Shown piece by piece: positions 38,501 to 51,300 of a stretch of DNA of 64,000 nucleotides (its first letter is position 1; each line of letters begins with the position of its first letter). Origin of the DNA: Azolla caroliniana. Lineage: Eukaryota; Plantae; Polypodiophyta. The stretch spans positions 10,602,001 to 10,666,000 of the forward strand of contig JBHGNT010000022.1 in NCBI GenBank assembly GCA_043228905.1. The letters are read 5' to 3'. The notes below the pieces were generated by a model that had not been told where the DNA came from, searched no databases, and worked only from the letters and a program-made list of their open reading frames with translations. Both the position numbers and the translations under genes were made by a program.

Positions 38501-41500
38501 GCAAGTGTCCCTAACTGGTAAGACCCATTGAACCCGCGTGTGATCCAGTACGGTCCGGTCCATCTAAACCGTAGTTTGCCTGGCATTTTACTCATCCGGG
38601 TCTGGAACACTAGTACCGGCTTGCCGATTTCAAACATCTTTTCGTTTCCCTTCCGGTGCCGATCTACAAACGCTTTCCGTTGCCGTTGTTCCAATTCCAG
38701 GTGCATGATGCTCGCCAGTCGATGTTCTTCTAGTTCACACAGAGCCTTTAACCGAATTGCCTCTGATTCTTTTTCATTAAGTCGTTCCCGAATCTGGATC
38801 CGTAAGCTCGGTACCTGGAACTCGACCGGCATGGTGTGGTTTGAATGCTTGTTTTGTAGGCTGTCTGGTAAGCCCAAAGCGCACTGTGCAGCTTCGTGTC
38901 CCAATCTGTCCGATTCTCATTGACGATCTTGCGTAGGATATTCTGTAGCGTTTTGTTTGTTGACTCGGCTAATCCATTGGCTTGTGGGTAGTATGGGGTG
39001 CTCCATTTATGTACTACCGCATAGAATGACGTCAAGCTGTCCACTACCTGTCCAAGAAAGTGCCCTCCTTGGTCGCTTATCAGCTCTATGGGGCATCTGT
39101 ACCGGCACCAAATGTAATCATATAAGAATTTTGCCGTTGACGCCGCGGTGTTGTCTCGTAGGGCTTTGGCTTCCACCCATTTAGTGTAGTAGTCCATCAC
39201 GACGATCACATACCGGTTGCCAGTTCTCATTGTCGGTGGTTTACATGGTCCAACAAAATCCAGTCCCCATTTCTGAAATGGTTCTAGCGCTAGTACTGGC
39301 TGGTGCGGCATCCTAGCTTGTTCCGTTGGCTGGCCCATTCGCTGGCATAGATCACACACTTTCGCGTACCGGACTGTGTCTTTCAATGTAGTCGGCCACC
39401 ATAGGCCACTTTGCCATATCTTCCTTGCCGTAGCATCCCCGGAATAATGGCCTCCGACGACTCAACAGTGTGCTTCCCGTAGTTTTACCTCTTTCTCGTC
39501 GTTGCGCACCGCTCGTCGCCATATACCGTCCGCACCTTTGTGGTATAGCGTGTCCTGTAATAAACAGAAGTGTTGGCTTTGTACCGCCAGGAGTTTCCTC
39601 TCGTCTCGGTTCATCTCCTCTGGAGGCAATCCGGTGCTCAGAAATTGGTGCATATTTGTTAGCCACTTATCTTCTGGTGCCACCATTTCATCTGTTGCCG
39701 TTTCCATAATGACTTGAAATAGCTCAGCATCCAGAAACTCGTCCGGTACTCCGCCGCCGGTTTCGCCAGAATCCAACCAGCTTAAATAATCTGCTACTGC
39801 ATGCTGTATGCCGGGTCGGTGGAATATCTCGAATTCGAATTCCTGTAATAGCAAAGTCCACCGGGCCAACTTACCGGTAAGTGACGCTTTGGACACTAGG
39901 TAGAGGAGTGCCGAATGATCTACATGAAAGGAAAACTTTCTTCCCAATAAATAATGTTTGAATTTTGTTACGCTGTAGATCATGCCTAAAGCTTCCCTTT
40001 TCGTGGTGGAATAATTTCGTTCGGCTTGGGATAACTTCCGGCTTGCGTAATATACGGGCCGGTACCATCTTGGCTCCGTAAGTTGCATCAACGCACTTCC
40101 GATTGCAATGTCGGACGCATCCACGAACACATGAAATTCCTTCGCCCAATCCGGGGGTTGCACTATCGGTGCTTGCGACAATAGAACTTTGAGTGCCCGG
40201 TACGCCTTGTCTTCGGTGTCGGTCCACTGCAACCGTGTTTAGTGTACCGCAGCATGCAGTGGTGTAGCTAGGTCCGCCAAATACCTGAGCATTCGGCTAT
40301 GCTAACGAATTTGGCCTAAGAAACGGCTCAATGCATTTGCCGTTGTTGGTGCCGGTACCTCCAGGATTGCTTTTACTTTGTCCGGATCCACGGCGATGCC
40401 CTCCTTGCTCACAATGTGCACCAGTAGCGTTCCGCTGGACAAGCCGAATACACACTTTGTCAGATTCAGGCTTAGCCGGTAAGCCCTACACTTTTCTAGA
40501 CAGAGTCGGAGGTGCCTACGGTGGTCTCCTTCCCGACTATAAACGGCGAAGTCGTCGAGGAACACTTGCATGAATGCCGGTATGAATTCTCCGAATATTT
40601 CCATGATGATCCTCTAGAACGTTGTCGACGCCGTTTTTAGTCCGAACATCATCACTACGGCAACAAACACTCCCCATTCAGTGACGAAAGCCGTTTTCTC
40701 CTAGTCATCGGGGTGCATCCGGATCTGGTTGTATCCGCTAAATCCTTCTAAAAAACTATATACCTCATGGTCGGCGAATGTGTCCAAAACTCCATCCGTA
40801 AATGGAAGTGGACATGCATCAGTTACTGTCGCCGCATTAAGCTTCTGGTAGTCGACACATACTCTGATTTTGCCATTTTTCTTTGGTACGACTACTATCG
40901 GGCTCAGCCATGTAGATTTCTTTATAGGACGGATAAAGCCAACCCTCAGCAACTTGTCAATTTCCTCCTTGACTTTGGCGGCGTAGTTTGGATTCATCCG
41001 GTACCGTCGATGTGCTACCGGTTTGGCGTCTTTGCTCAAATGTATCTAATGCTGATATAGTTGAGGATCGAGCCCTCTCATATCCTCGTAGGACCAGGCA
41101 AACATGTCCTAAAACTCTTTGAGAAGTGTAATCATCATTGTTCTGTTCTCTGTAGTCATTTCCTTTGCTATCTGCATCGGTCTAGCCTCTTCCGTAGTTC
41201 CTAGATTTACCCCGTCTAGTTGGGATGCTTTAACCCGTTGTGATACGGCCATTTCTCTTTCCAGCGCTTCTTGTGCTTGCCGTAGCTCCCGGATCACTTC
41301 TTTATTTGGTTCTTCGTCCGCTTCGTCCGGTGGCAGTATGTATGGTGATACGGCTTCAGCTACGTCGATTTCGAACAGAGGTACTATCTTCGGATTCTCT
41401 TGCAAGTATTGATCCACCTCTTCGTCTACTAATCCGTCCAGCATATTGACACATTCGGCATATAGGGGTGTTAATTCCTTCCCGGTATCTGTCCGTGGTT

Positions 41501-44054
41501 GTGTCGGTACCCGTACTTTTGCTTTTCCCCGCCGGAAGGTGATTATATTCTTCCTCCAGTTTTGTTTAATGTGCGCCGTTTTTAGCCACGGCCGCCCCAA
41601 ATATAGCGGGTAAGCTCCTTGTGCCTGTAATTGTAGCACTACTGCCAAGATGCGAAATATGTGGCCGCCGATTGTTACTTCCAAATCTCATATCAAGCCG
41701 GTCGGTCGCACTGAGCTTGTATTCGCCATCCGTAGCCAGAACGGGCATGGTTCCCACTCTTGGATTCCTAAGGTTGTGCATGTTCAGAGGCTAATCACAT
41801 TGATGCCGGATCCTCCATCTATTAATGTTCCGGGTAACTCCTTTCCCTTCACGATGGCTATGATCGCCGGACTGTTTGTGTCTACCACCGCTGGTCCCTC
41901 CTCTGGATTTGAGAAGAATGTTGGTGCCAGCGGTGTTTCTCCTACCGTCATGCCTGTTTTGAGTCCTTCTGTGAATCTGGGCACTAGTTGCAGGAGCCAT
42001 CCTAATGGTAGCGTGATTTGGCACTCCTGCAATACCTGTCGTGTTGCATTTTCAGTCTGACTGCCGTTGGCGAGCTCTTCGGTGTTCTCCTTTTGTTGCA
42101 CAAGTTCTGCTACGTTTCGCTCATTTTCCTTCTTCACCCATTCTGTTGCCTGCTTCTGGATGGCCTCTTATGTCTCCCATTCCGTCGGCTTGCCCTTCGA
42201 CCTTGTGGTAACCTGCTACAGGTCTGCGACTTCAGCGACTACCATGTTTACTGTCGGTCGCTTGTCATAGCTCTTTGACGGACATTGATTACTATAATGT
42301 CCTTCTTGCTGGCAATAATAGCAATATGCTTTCTGAGTATTGCTGGATTCGGCATTGTTTCCTGTACCCGGTGGAGGACCTGTGGTAACCGCGGGGCTTT
42401 GATCGGGTTGGCTACTTGAGGCGCCTTTTTCCGGTTCACGTGGGTGGCTCCCTTTTTTTAAATGCCATTTTTTATTAAAGTTCTTTTTGTTGCGGTACCC
42501 TTGACGGGGTTGGTCGTCATATCTCCCGTAGTCTTCCCGTCGTTGGTGATACCCGGGGGAGTGATCCCGGTTGTAATGCTCATACCATCCATTGTAATCT
42601 CGGGACCTGTCATATCTCTCGTACCGGTCATAGTTGTCTCGCCGATCGCCGTGTCGGACATCCTGTGCCGGTCGATATCGCTCCTCCCGCCGCCAACATT
42701 CGTCTCCTTTGTCACGACTACTACGTGGCTTGATTTGCCGGACTGGTGGTGCTTGCTGATTCAATAAGTTATATTCGCACCGGTCCATCGTGTGGCTTGT
42801 AGATTGGCTGAGTAAGCAGTGCGTCCACATAGTGCACTCCAGTGCCGAGTATCCGGAATTCAAGCAAGTCCTGCATTGGATTGCTTGCCGAAACCGAAGA
42901 TCCTCATTGGTTGGTAACGCTCGTTGGAGGGCTCCCATTGTTAGCCAAGAGCTCTTTTTCTCCATTTCTCTAACCCGGTCGATGACCTGGTCGACGGTGC
43001 TTGTGCGAAAGTCCATGACCGTGCATACCGTTCATAGAGGTTCCCGGAGCGCGGATAAGAATATAGCCTGTGTTTCTTCCTCCGGAAGTGCACGGGTAAG
43101 CTGATTGTGCATCCGTTGAAAACGGACGACAAACTGCGGAATGCTCTCCTCGGGGTCCTGCCGGATGCTATAAAATAGGCCCATCATTTCTCTCTAGTCC
43201 ACCTCCTTCTGAAAGAAGTGCAAGAATTTATCTTTCAGGTTCGCAAAGGTGGTGATGGTGCTGGGGTCTTGCATCCGGTGCCATCTGGCAGCCGGTCCTA
43301 CCAATGTCACACCGAATTCGGCTATCTTAGATCGTTCCTCTTCAGCCGTGGTTAACCGTTGTGACACATGGTTCGCCTCCCATGTTTGTTGAAACACGTG
43401 AACATGAGCCTCCGCGTCCGGGTCATCCCTATACTTGGAGTACTGGAACGACATGTCGTCGTCCGGGGTCGGTACACGGGCTGGCGGTGTCGGTGGTCTT
43501 TCTTGTTGTTCCGTCCGCGTCGGAGGTCTTTGCCGGTCTTCCTTTGGTGTTTCCGGCTCAACTTCCGGTGTCGGAGGTCTTTCTTTGTCTTCTTCCATCT
43601 CCGGAGGTTGCTCCACGTCTAGTGCCGGGGGTTCCCGATCTAACAACTCTGGTTCCGGTGTCAGTAATGTATTCAACTCCTCGTCCTCTGGTCCTCCTGG
43701 GGTGTTGTTACTGCTGGGATAGTTCGTGTGCGCGCTGTAACCCCCTTCCAAATCCGATTCCAGCGCTGAAAATGCTTCGTATTCGCCGTCTCTTCTGGCC
43801 AAGGCCTGGAGAAGGGATTCCGCTTCTTGGAGACTACTTAAGCTGCTTCCTTCGTCCGGGTAGGCGTTTTGTTGCAGACAGAGTGACTCCTCCGCCACTT
43901 TCCGAATCAATTTGGAAAATGATCGATCCGATCGGCATACCAATTCCGGTCTGTCCGTTCCTATTAATAAAATAATTACAACAGTTCCCTAATAAACTAT
44001 TCCTTTCACACTCTGGTGTGGACATCCTTAAGCCTTCTTGCCGTCCAGGTAACA
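35541..44054 (-). mobile_element. Degenerate Ty3/Gypsy element E nested in the RT of D
   Basis: TGTTA..TAACA ends; TSD TCTCT/TCTCG; 3' LTR 35541-35976; partial 5' LTR ~43925-44054; gag CCHC CYYCQQEGHYSNQC, protease LIDGGSG, RT VFLDD, RNase H FVDASD, integrase GLDFVGP. Confidence 0.9.
36000..38043 (-). pseudogene. Accessory ORF downstream of pol in element E (homolog of 4326-6843)
   Basis: RWLRQHG..YFGEYSLASKGY..YEGVKVDW followed by long E/K/R-rich coiled coil. Confidence 0.75.
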
Positions 44055-47000
44055 TCTCGTCATAGTTGACCCCATATTCCTGTTTGAATCCTTTCCTGAC
44101 AGGTCGAGCTTTGAACTTGGGTTTCTCTTATTCGGATACGTACTTGTATCAGAACACCCATTTGCAAGGTAGCGGCTTTCTTCCTGCTGGTAGTTCGACC
44201 AACTCCCATGTCTGATTCTAATGAATCAAGTCCATTTCAGATTTCATGGCTTGCAGCCATATTTTGGCGTCCGGTGCGACCATAGCTTCGTCATACGTGC
44301 TTGGTTCGCCTGCATTTGTGTAGTTGACATAGTCGAGGCCCGGTTGATAAAAATTTGTTTGCCTTCGAGCTCGTCCAGATCTCCTGGGTGCCGTAATGTC
44401 TAGTTCGGATCCTTCGATCGGTTCCAATCGGCGATCGATATTTCTTGAATCAGTTGTGTCACAAGTCTTGTTCGGTATTCCACCCCCGGTTTAGGATTTT
44501 GGCGGTGTTGTTCTCCCCTATGGTTGTTGTCGACTCTTTTCTGACTTGTCCTTTGTTGACTCTACCTTGATCGACCTTCGTCGATTCGGCTCTGTCTTTG
44601 ATGACTTTGTCTTTGAGTTCGACGTTCAGACTTATTGCCGATTCGGTGTTGGTTGGTTGGAGTTCAACTGTCTGTTGACTCTCTGATTCGGCCCGATGGG
44701 TCGATCTTTCTACGATGACGTTGTCATCTTCAAAGGATACCTTCTTGCCCATTGTCTTCTACTGGTTCTGTTGAGAGAAGGTAGAGTCTTCATTGAAGAC
44801 TACGTCGCTGCTCCGGATCAATTTCCGATTCTCAGGGTCCCATAGCCGGTAGCCGAAATCCCATATGCACTTCGTTGCATGGGGCGACAACTTCGTCCTT
44901 TTGTCCTTGGGGATGAACGCGTAGGCTTCGCATCCGAATATACGAAGCCTATTGTAGGTCGGTTGTTTGCCTGACCATAGTGCTTGTGGAACTTCGAGCC
45001 TGATGGCTCTTGACAACGACAAATTTATCAGTTACACTGCCGTCTGCAATGCCTTGGCCTAGAATTCCAGCTTTAGTCCGGCTTGCTGGAGCATTGCCGT
45101 CACCCTCTCTTGGATCGTTCGGTTGATCCGTTCAGCCACCCCATTCTGCATGGGTGTGTATGGCACGGTCTTTTGATGCCAGATCCCTTTTCCGGACAGG
45201 TATTGTTTAAAGGCTCTAGAGGTGTACTCACCTCCGTTGTCAGATCGGAGTGTCTTCACTTTGTGGCCTGACCGATTCTCCACTTCAGTTATCCATCGAA
45301 GGAAGACCTCAACCACTTCGTCTTTGGACTTGATGGAGTATGCCCAAAATTTTCGTGTACAATCATCTACGTATGTGATGAAGTACCGAGAGCCTCCTAG
45401 TGATCGCTCTGGCATAGGCCCACATATATCTATGTGCACGAGCTCTAGGGGCTATTGTACCATCTTGTAATGGAGAGAATGCGGACTTCAGGTCTATTTC
45501 CCGTATCGACAATGCTCACAGAAGTCCTTCTTTGCTTGGAGTTTCGAAATGTAGCCGACTCACATCAGCCGATCAAGTCCGGCTTGTGACATATGGCCGA
45601 GTCGGCCATGCCATAGGTTCGGTTCGGTCTTTTCGGCTTGTTCATGGCCCCTTCAGGGTTGATCGCCATCAATGGGTACAGATTGTTGTACTTGTACCCA
45701 CTCCCGATTTTTAGGTTTCCCCATCTGATCACCCATGTCGACTCATGTCGAGTCGTTCAATACCTGTCTTCGGCTAACATGCCGATGGAGACCAAACTCC
45801 TCTTTAGATCGGGTACGTGCCGAACTCGGTGCAGGGTTATTGTGTTGCCATTTGCCTCCTCGGTTCGGGCTATCTGGCACTCATGCCCGTTTCCCAGCCG
45901 GATTGTGTTGCTAGCGTCAGCTGAATAGTTCGAAAACCACTCGATGTTGGGGGTCACGTGAAATGTGGCATCTTGTGCTCTATAGAGGACTTCTCCGATC
46001 ATCGAATCCTCTAGGGAGAGGATTTCTCCGGATCGGGTGTCAGCAACATCGATCTGATTGTCGACTAGAGAGTTGTCCGAATCAGAATGTTCCTGATTCC
46101 ACTCGGATCGCTGACCACTCTCTTTTCTTTTTATCGATCAGCAATCGGAAATGTTGTGGCCAACTTTCCTGCAATGTGTGCAGTACTCACCTGTTCGGTC
46201 CATTTTCAACTTCGATCGTTGTCGGTTCCCTCTTGTTTTCGATCGGCTATATCGTCGACCGGTTCTGTCGGCTTGTTCTTTCGTTCGACTCTGTCGATCA
46301 AACGACTCGGTCGAGTGATGGGCTTCTGCCGACTCGTCGATGGATAGTCCCATCGATTTTCGCCTGATATCCTCTGTGAGGACTTGGCCGGTTGTTTCGT
46401 ACAAATTCAGGATCGGTCAGCTATTGGCGTATGTCGTACAGAATACCTCCCAACTCTCTGGCAAGCTCGAAAGGAGGGCAAGGGCTTTTGCTTCTTCTTC
46501 GAAGTTGATCCCTTGGGACGAGAGCTCTGACAACACCCGACTGAAGGTGTTGATGTGGGAGGTTGCCGGATCGGTCTCTTTCATCTTCATGTTGAACAAT
46601 TGTTTGATCAATATCAGTTTTGAAGATGAGGACTTCTTCTCATTTACAGCCTGTAATTTCTCCCACAATGAGAACAATGTCGTCTCTCTTACCATGCTGA
46701 AATAGACTTTTTCAGCTAGATGCATTCAGATGATGGAGCGCGCTATTTCGTCCAATGATCTCCACTCTTCTGTTGTCATCGAAGCAGGTTTCTCATTGTG
46801 TCAAATGGCTTCGACCTGCCTTCGGATGATCAGCACATCCTATATCATCTCTTTCCACAAGGCAAAGTTTTTGCCGTCGAACTTTCTGATTTCAACTCCT
46901 GTTCCGGATGTTAAAGCCATATTCTATTTGTAGATTTGAGATTTCTGACCTGGTCTTTTCTTTCAACTTTCCTTCTGTTGTCTGTTGCCACCGCATAACG

Positions 47001-47638
47001 AAATTGCTCTAATACCACTTGTTGTGCGGGTGTCAATGTTTATGCGGAAGTGTTTGTTCAGATCATTCGGCTATGAACAACAAACAGCGTAAACCGAAAG
47101 TAGAGAGGCACTTCGAGTATGTGCCTTCGGTTTGGCTCCGGTAATCCTCAACTTGACGGATTCACTGATTCAGATATGTCGACTGGTTCGGATACCAGCC
47201 GGTCTACATCCGGATATGTCATGACTTATGCAGGGGGACCTATATCATGGCAGTCGAGGCTGTAGAAGACGGTTGCATTGGCAACCACGGAGGCAGAGTA
47301 CATCACAACTGTAGAAGCCAGCAAGGAGATAATTTGGATGAAGGATTTCATCGGAGAGGTAGGGATCCAACATGAGGAATACCGGCTCTACTACGATAGT
47401 CAAAGTGCCATCCACCTTGCAAAGAATGCAGCCTACCATTCCCAGAAGAAACATATCCAGCGGAGGTACCACTGGCTCCGAGAGAGAGTAGAAGATCAAG
47501 AGTTCATGGTGACGAAGATCTACATAGAGGAGAACGGGTCGGATATGCTGACCAAGGTGTTGACGACCAACAAGCTGGACGCATACCGAAAGTGAATCGG
47601 GCTGACAAGACATCCCATGCCGTAGTGAAGGGGGAGAT

Positions 47639-48134
47639 TGTTGGGAAATCGGTCTCTTCGGATGGGATTCGATAATGTATAAAGAGGACCCGGTGAGAAG
47701 TGGAAGAGAGCCAGTGAGAACCAAAAGAGAAGACATATCTATAAATATGTTTTGAGTAAGCCTATTGAGGCTAAATAGCCCTAAGTTCAGATAAGTATAA
47801 ATATGACTTAGGGCAATCAATTTATGAGTTGTTGTTGTTGTTGTATAGAAGAGAGCGATAGAGAGGGTGAGAGAGATACAGAGTGAGACTCTGTTGTAAC
47901 CGCCGCCTGGTGAAGAAACCGAGGTCGATGTCATTGCCTACAAGTCTCTAATTGTACCCCTTCTCTTCACAGTAATAGTTCAGAGTCTGTGGGCTCCCGT
48001 GGTTTTTCCCTATTAGGGTTTTCCACGTAAACATCTTGTGTTCATTCTATAGTTCTCATTTCTATGTTCTCCATTCTCATCAAAGTGTTCAAGACTCGGT
48101 TGTGGGCAAGCAATATTCCGCGCTATTCTCATCA
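47639..48134 (+). repeat. 3' LTR of Copia C
   Basis: Direct repeat of 20452-20937, preceded by PPT AAGGGGGAGA. Confidence 0.92.
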
Positions 48135-48366
48135 AGAAGAGACAATGATGAAGAAGATGACGAAGAAGAAGAAAACAGTGAAAATACGTCACTATGTGCG
48201 GATCGTGAGACGGAACCGCGGGGGTTCTGGACTAGAAGGATTTAGAGCAACATATACAACACAAGCAAGTTTTAAGCATAAGACAAGTGGGAGAGACAAA
48301 TCATTAGTTTATTGCAAAAGAAAATCGATTCTTTATCATTTCAGAATCGTATTACAATGGGTTGGG

Positions 48367-51300
48367 TGATGGAAATAATCGATCCTTTCCGATCTTCACC
48401 TCTCGGCCACAACCAAGGAACCACACGAATCGTTGTTGCAGAAAATGGGAAACGCAGAAATAATAGATGGACACACGATTTAACGTGGAAAACCCTGTAC
48501 GGGAAAAACCACGGGAGTACAAGACTCCAAACCAAAACTATGCACAGAGAAATATACAATGACGAGCTGCAAGGAGGCGACCTTGAGCTCGCTGTCCTGG
48601 CCACAGGCGGCGGAAATACACAGAGGCGTCTACCTCTTCCTCTCTCGCGCTCTATCTCTCTCTCTCTCACGGCTGCTCTCTCTTCACTCCTCTTGAGTGA
48701 AAAAAACAGAAAAATGAGTAGCAACATAAAACTGTTTGCCCTAAGTCATATTTATACACATATGACTTTCGGGTTATTTACAAATATAGCCACAAGGGCT
48801 CTTGGCAAACATATTCACAAATATGTCCCCGCATCCGGATCTCGCTCCGGGTACATTCATCATCCGGCTCCGTAGCCGGGGTCTTCATCATCCGGCTCCG
48901 TAGCCGGGACCGTAACCGTAACCGTAACCGTAACCGTAACCGTAACTGGACATCCCATTCGGAGGGACCGAAATCCCAACAAACTCCCCCTTCACTTCGG
49001 CATGGGATGTCTCTCCAATCCGATCCTCTTCCGGCATGCTTCTAGCTTGTCGGGTGTGAGCACCTTGGTCAGCATATCCGACCCGTTCTCGTCCGTGTGG
49101 ACCTTCGTCAGCACGAACTCCTTGTCTTCTATCCTTTCCCGGATCCAGTGATATCTTCGCTGGATGTGCTTCGTCCGGGAGTGATAGGCCGCGTTCTTCG
49201 CAAGGTGGATTGCACTCTGACTGTCGCAGTAGAGTCGGTACTCCTCCTGCCGGATACCGAGCTCTCTAATGAAGTCCTTCATCCATATTATTTCCTTGCC
49301 GGCTTCAACAGCCGCCATGTACTCCGCCTTCGTGGTTGACAGCGCAACCGTCTTCTGCAGCCTCGACTGCCATGAAACAGCTCCCCCTGCATACGTCATC
49401 ACATACCCTGATGTGGACCGGCTGGTATCAGCATCAGCCGACATATCCGAATCGGTGAAACCGTCGAGTTCGGGCTTACCGGAACCGAATCGGAGGCACA
49501 CGTTTGTCGTGCCCTTCAGGTATCGGAGTATCCACTTGACCGCGTTCCAGTGCTCTTTGCCGGGATTGCTCATGTACCGGCTCACCACTCCGACTGCATA
49601 TCCTATGTCCGGTCTTGTACACACCATTGCGTACATCAAGCTTCCGACGGCAGAGGCATATGGTACTTTCATCATGTCCTCCTTCTCAGCCTTTGTCTTG
49701 GGGCTTTGCTTGCTGGACAGCTTGCAGTTTGCCGGGAGGGTTGACCCGACCGGTCTCGCTTCCGACATGTTGAACCGGTGAAGCACCTTTGTCACGTACT
49801 TCTCCTGTGACAGCCACAACTGCTTCTTCTTCCGGTCCCGGATGATGTGCATCCCTAGTATTTGCCTCGCCGGACCCAAGTCCTTCATTGAGAAGGTTCG
49901 GTGAAGAGCCTTCTTCAGCATCCGTATCTTGACCTGGTCCCGTCCGACGATCAACATGTCGTCCACGTACAGGAGGAGTATTAGAAAGTCTCCTCCTTCG
50001 AACTTCTTCACAAACACGCAGTGGTCGGACTGCGTTTTGAGGTACCCTTCGTCGGTCATGAAGGAGTCGAACTTCCGGTACCATTGCCGGGGAGCCTGCT
50101 TCAGTCCGTAAAGGCTCTTCTTCAACCGGCATACCAGGTGCTCCTTCCCTTTCTTCTCGAATCCTTCCGGTTGCTGCATGTAGATCTCTTCTTCGAGGTC
50201 ACCGTGAAGGAATGCCGTCTTCACGTCCATCTGTTCTATCTCGAGGTCCATGCTTGCCGCTATGCTCAGCACCGTCCGGATGGAGGTCATCTTCACTACC
50301 GGGGCAAATATCTCGTCGAAGTCGACGCCCTTCTTCTGCTGAAACCCCTTCACCACGATCCTGGCTTTGTATCTCGGGGGGTTTCCGGCATCTCCCGGTT
50401 TCAGCTTGAACACCCACTTGTTTCGAAGTGCCCGCTTTCCTTTTGGCAACTCCACAAGTTCATATGTGTGGTTCTCATGCAGGGAATCCATCTCGTCCTG
50501 CATGGCACTCAACCACCTGCGGCTCTGGGTGTCATTCTTTGCTTCTTCAAAGCTCTCCGGCTCCCCTTCATCGGTTAGCAGCACGTGCTCTGGTTCCGGA
50601 AATCTCCGGGGGGCCCTTCTCTCTCTTAGAGGATATCTCCGTTCCGGAGCTTCGGTAACCGGTTCTTCCAATTCTTCTTCATCCGAATCCATTTCGGGAT
50701 CGGGGCCGGTTCCGGTATCATTTTCATCTTCTTCGGCCGGTTCTGTTTCTTTACCGTCTTCGGCCGGATCCTCGAGTGCTAACCGGTCCCTTGCCGGTCG
50801 GGACTGCTCCTCGTAGAGTTGATCCTCACCGGTCGACTTGGAGCTCTTCATCTTCTTCTCCGACTCCCAGTCGGCGAGTGTCTTGTTCTCCATGAAGATG
50901 ATATCACGACTCCGGAATATCTTCTTGTCGACCGGGTCCCATACTCGGTAGCCGAACTCGTCATCGCCGTAACCGAGGAATATGCATGGCCAGGTCTTTG
51001 GATCTAGCTTTCCTCTCCGGTCCTTAGCCACATGCACATATGCGAGACACCCGAACACCTTCAGATGCCGGTAGGATACTTCCCTACCGGTCCACACTCT
51101 CTGCGGTGTGTCTCCGTCCAAAGGTACTGAGGGTGATCTGTTTATCACGTATGTCGCCGTCGACATTGCCTCAACCCAAAACCCCTTGGGTAATTTCGCA
51201 TGCGCCAGCATACTCCGGACCCTCTCCATTATGGTCCGGTTCATCCTCTCGGCCAACCCGTTCAGTTCCGGCGTCTTCGGCACAGTAAACTCGAGCCGGA

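Larger units (their letters stand above)
33766..47110 (-). mobile_element. Degenerate Ty1/Copia element D nested in C
   Basis: 3' LTR 33766-34060 with PPT at 34061-34069; partial 5' LTR 47020-47110; PBS TGGTATTAGAGC at 47006-47017; gag, integrase HIDICGP, RT FLHGDLEEDIYM/LYVD, RNase H YTDSDY/NIADCLTK. Confidence 0.9.
20452..48134 (+). mobile_element. Degenerate Ty1/Copia element C, host to nested insertions
   Basis: LTRs 20452-20937 and 47639-48134 (TG..CA); AGAAG TSD at 20447-20451 and 48135-48139; PBS TGGTATTCGAGC at 20941; PPT near 47628; gag-pol pieces 20967-23780, 33255-33765, 47110-47628. Confidence 0.92.

Noticed and set aside
48312-48875. 187-aa and 169-aa ORFs (also 53095-53604)
   Set aside because: Antisense frames through the Copia F LTRs; duplication is explained by the LTRs.
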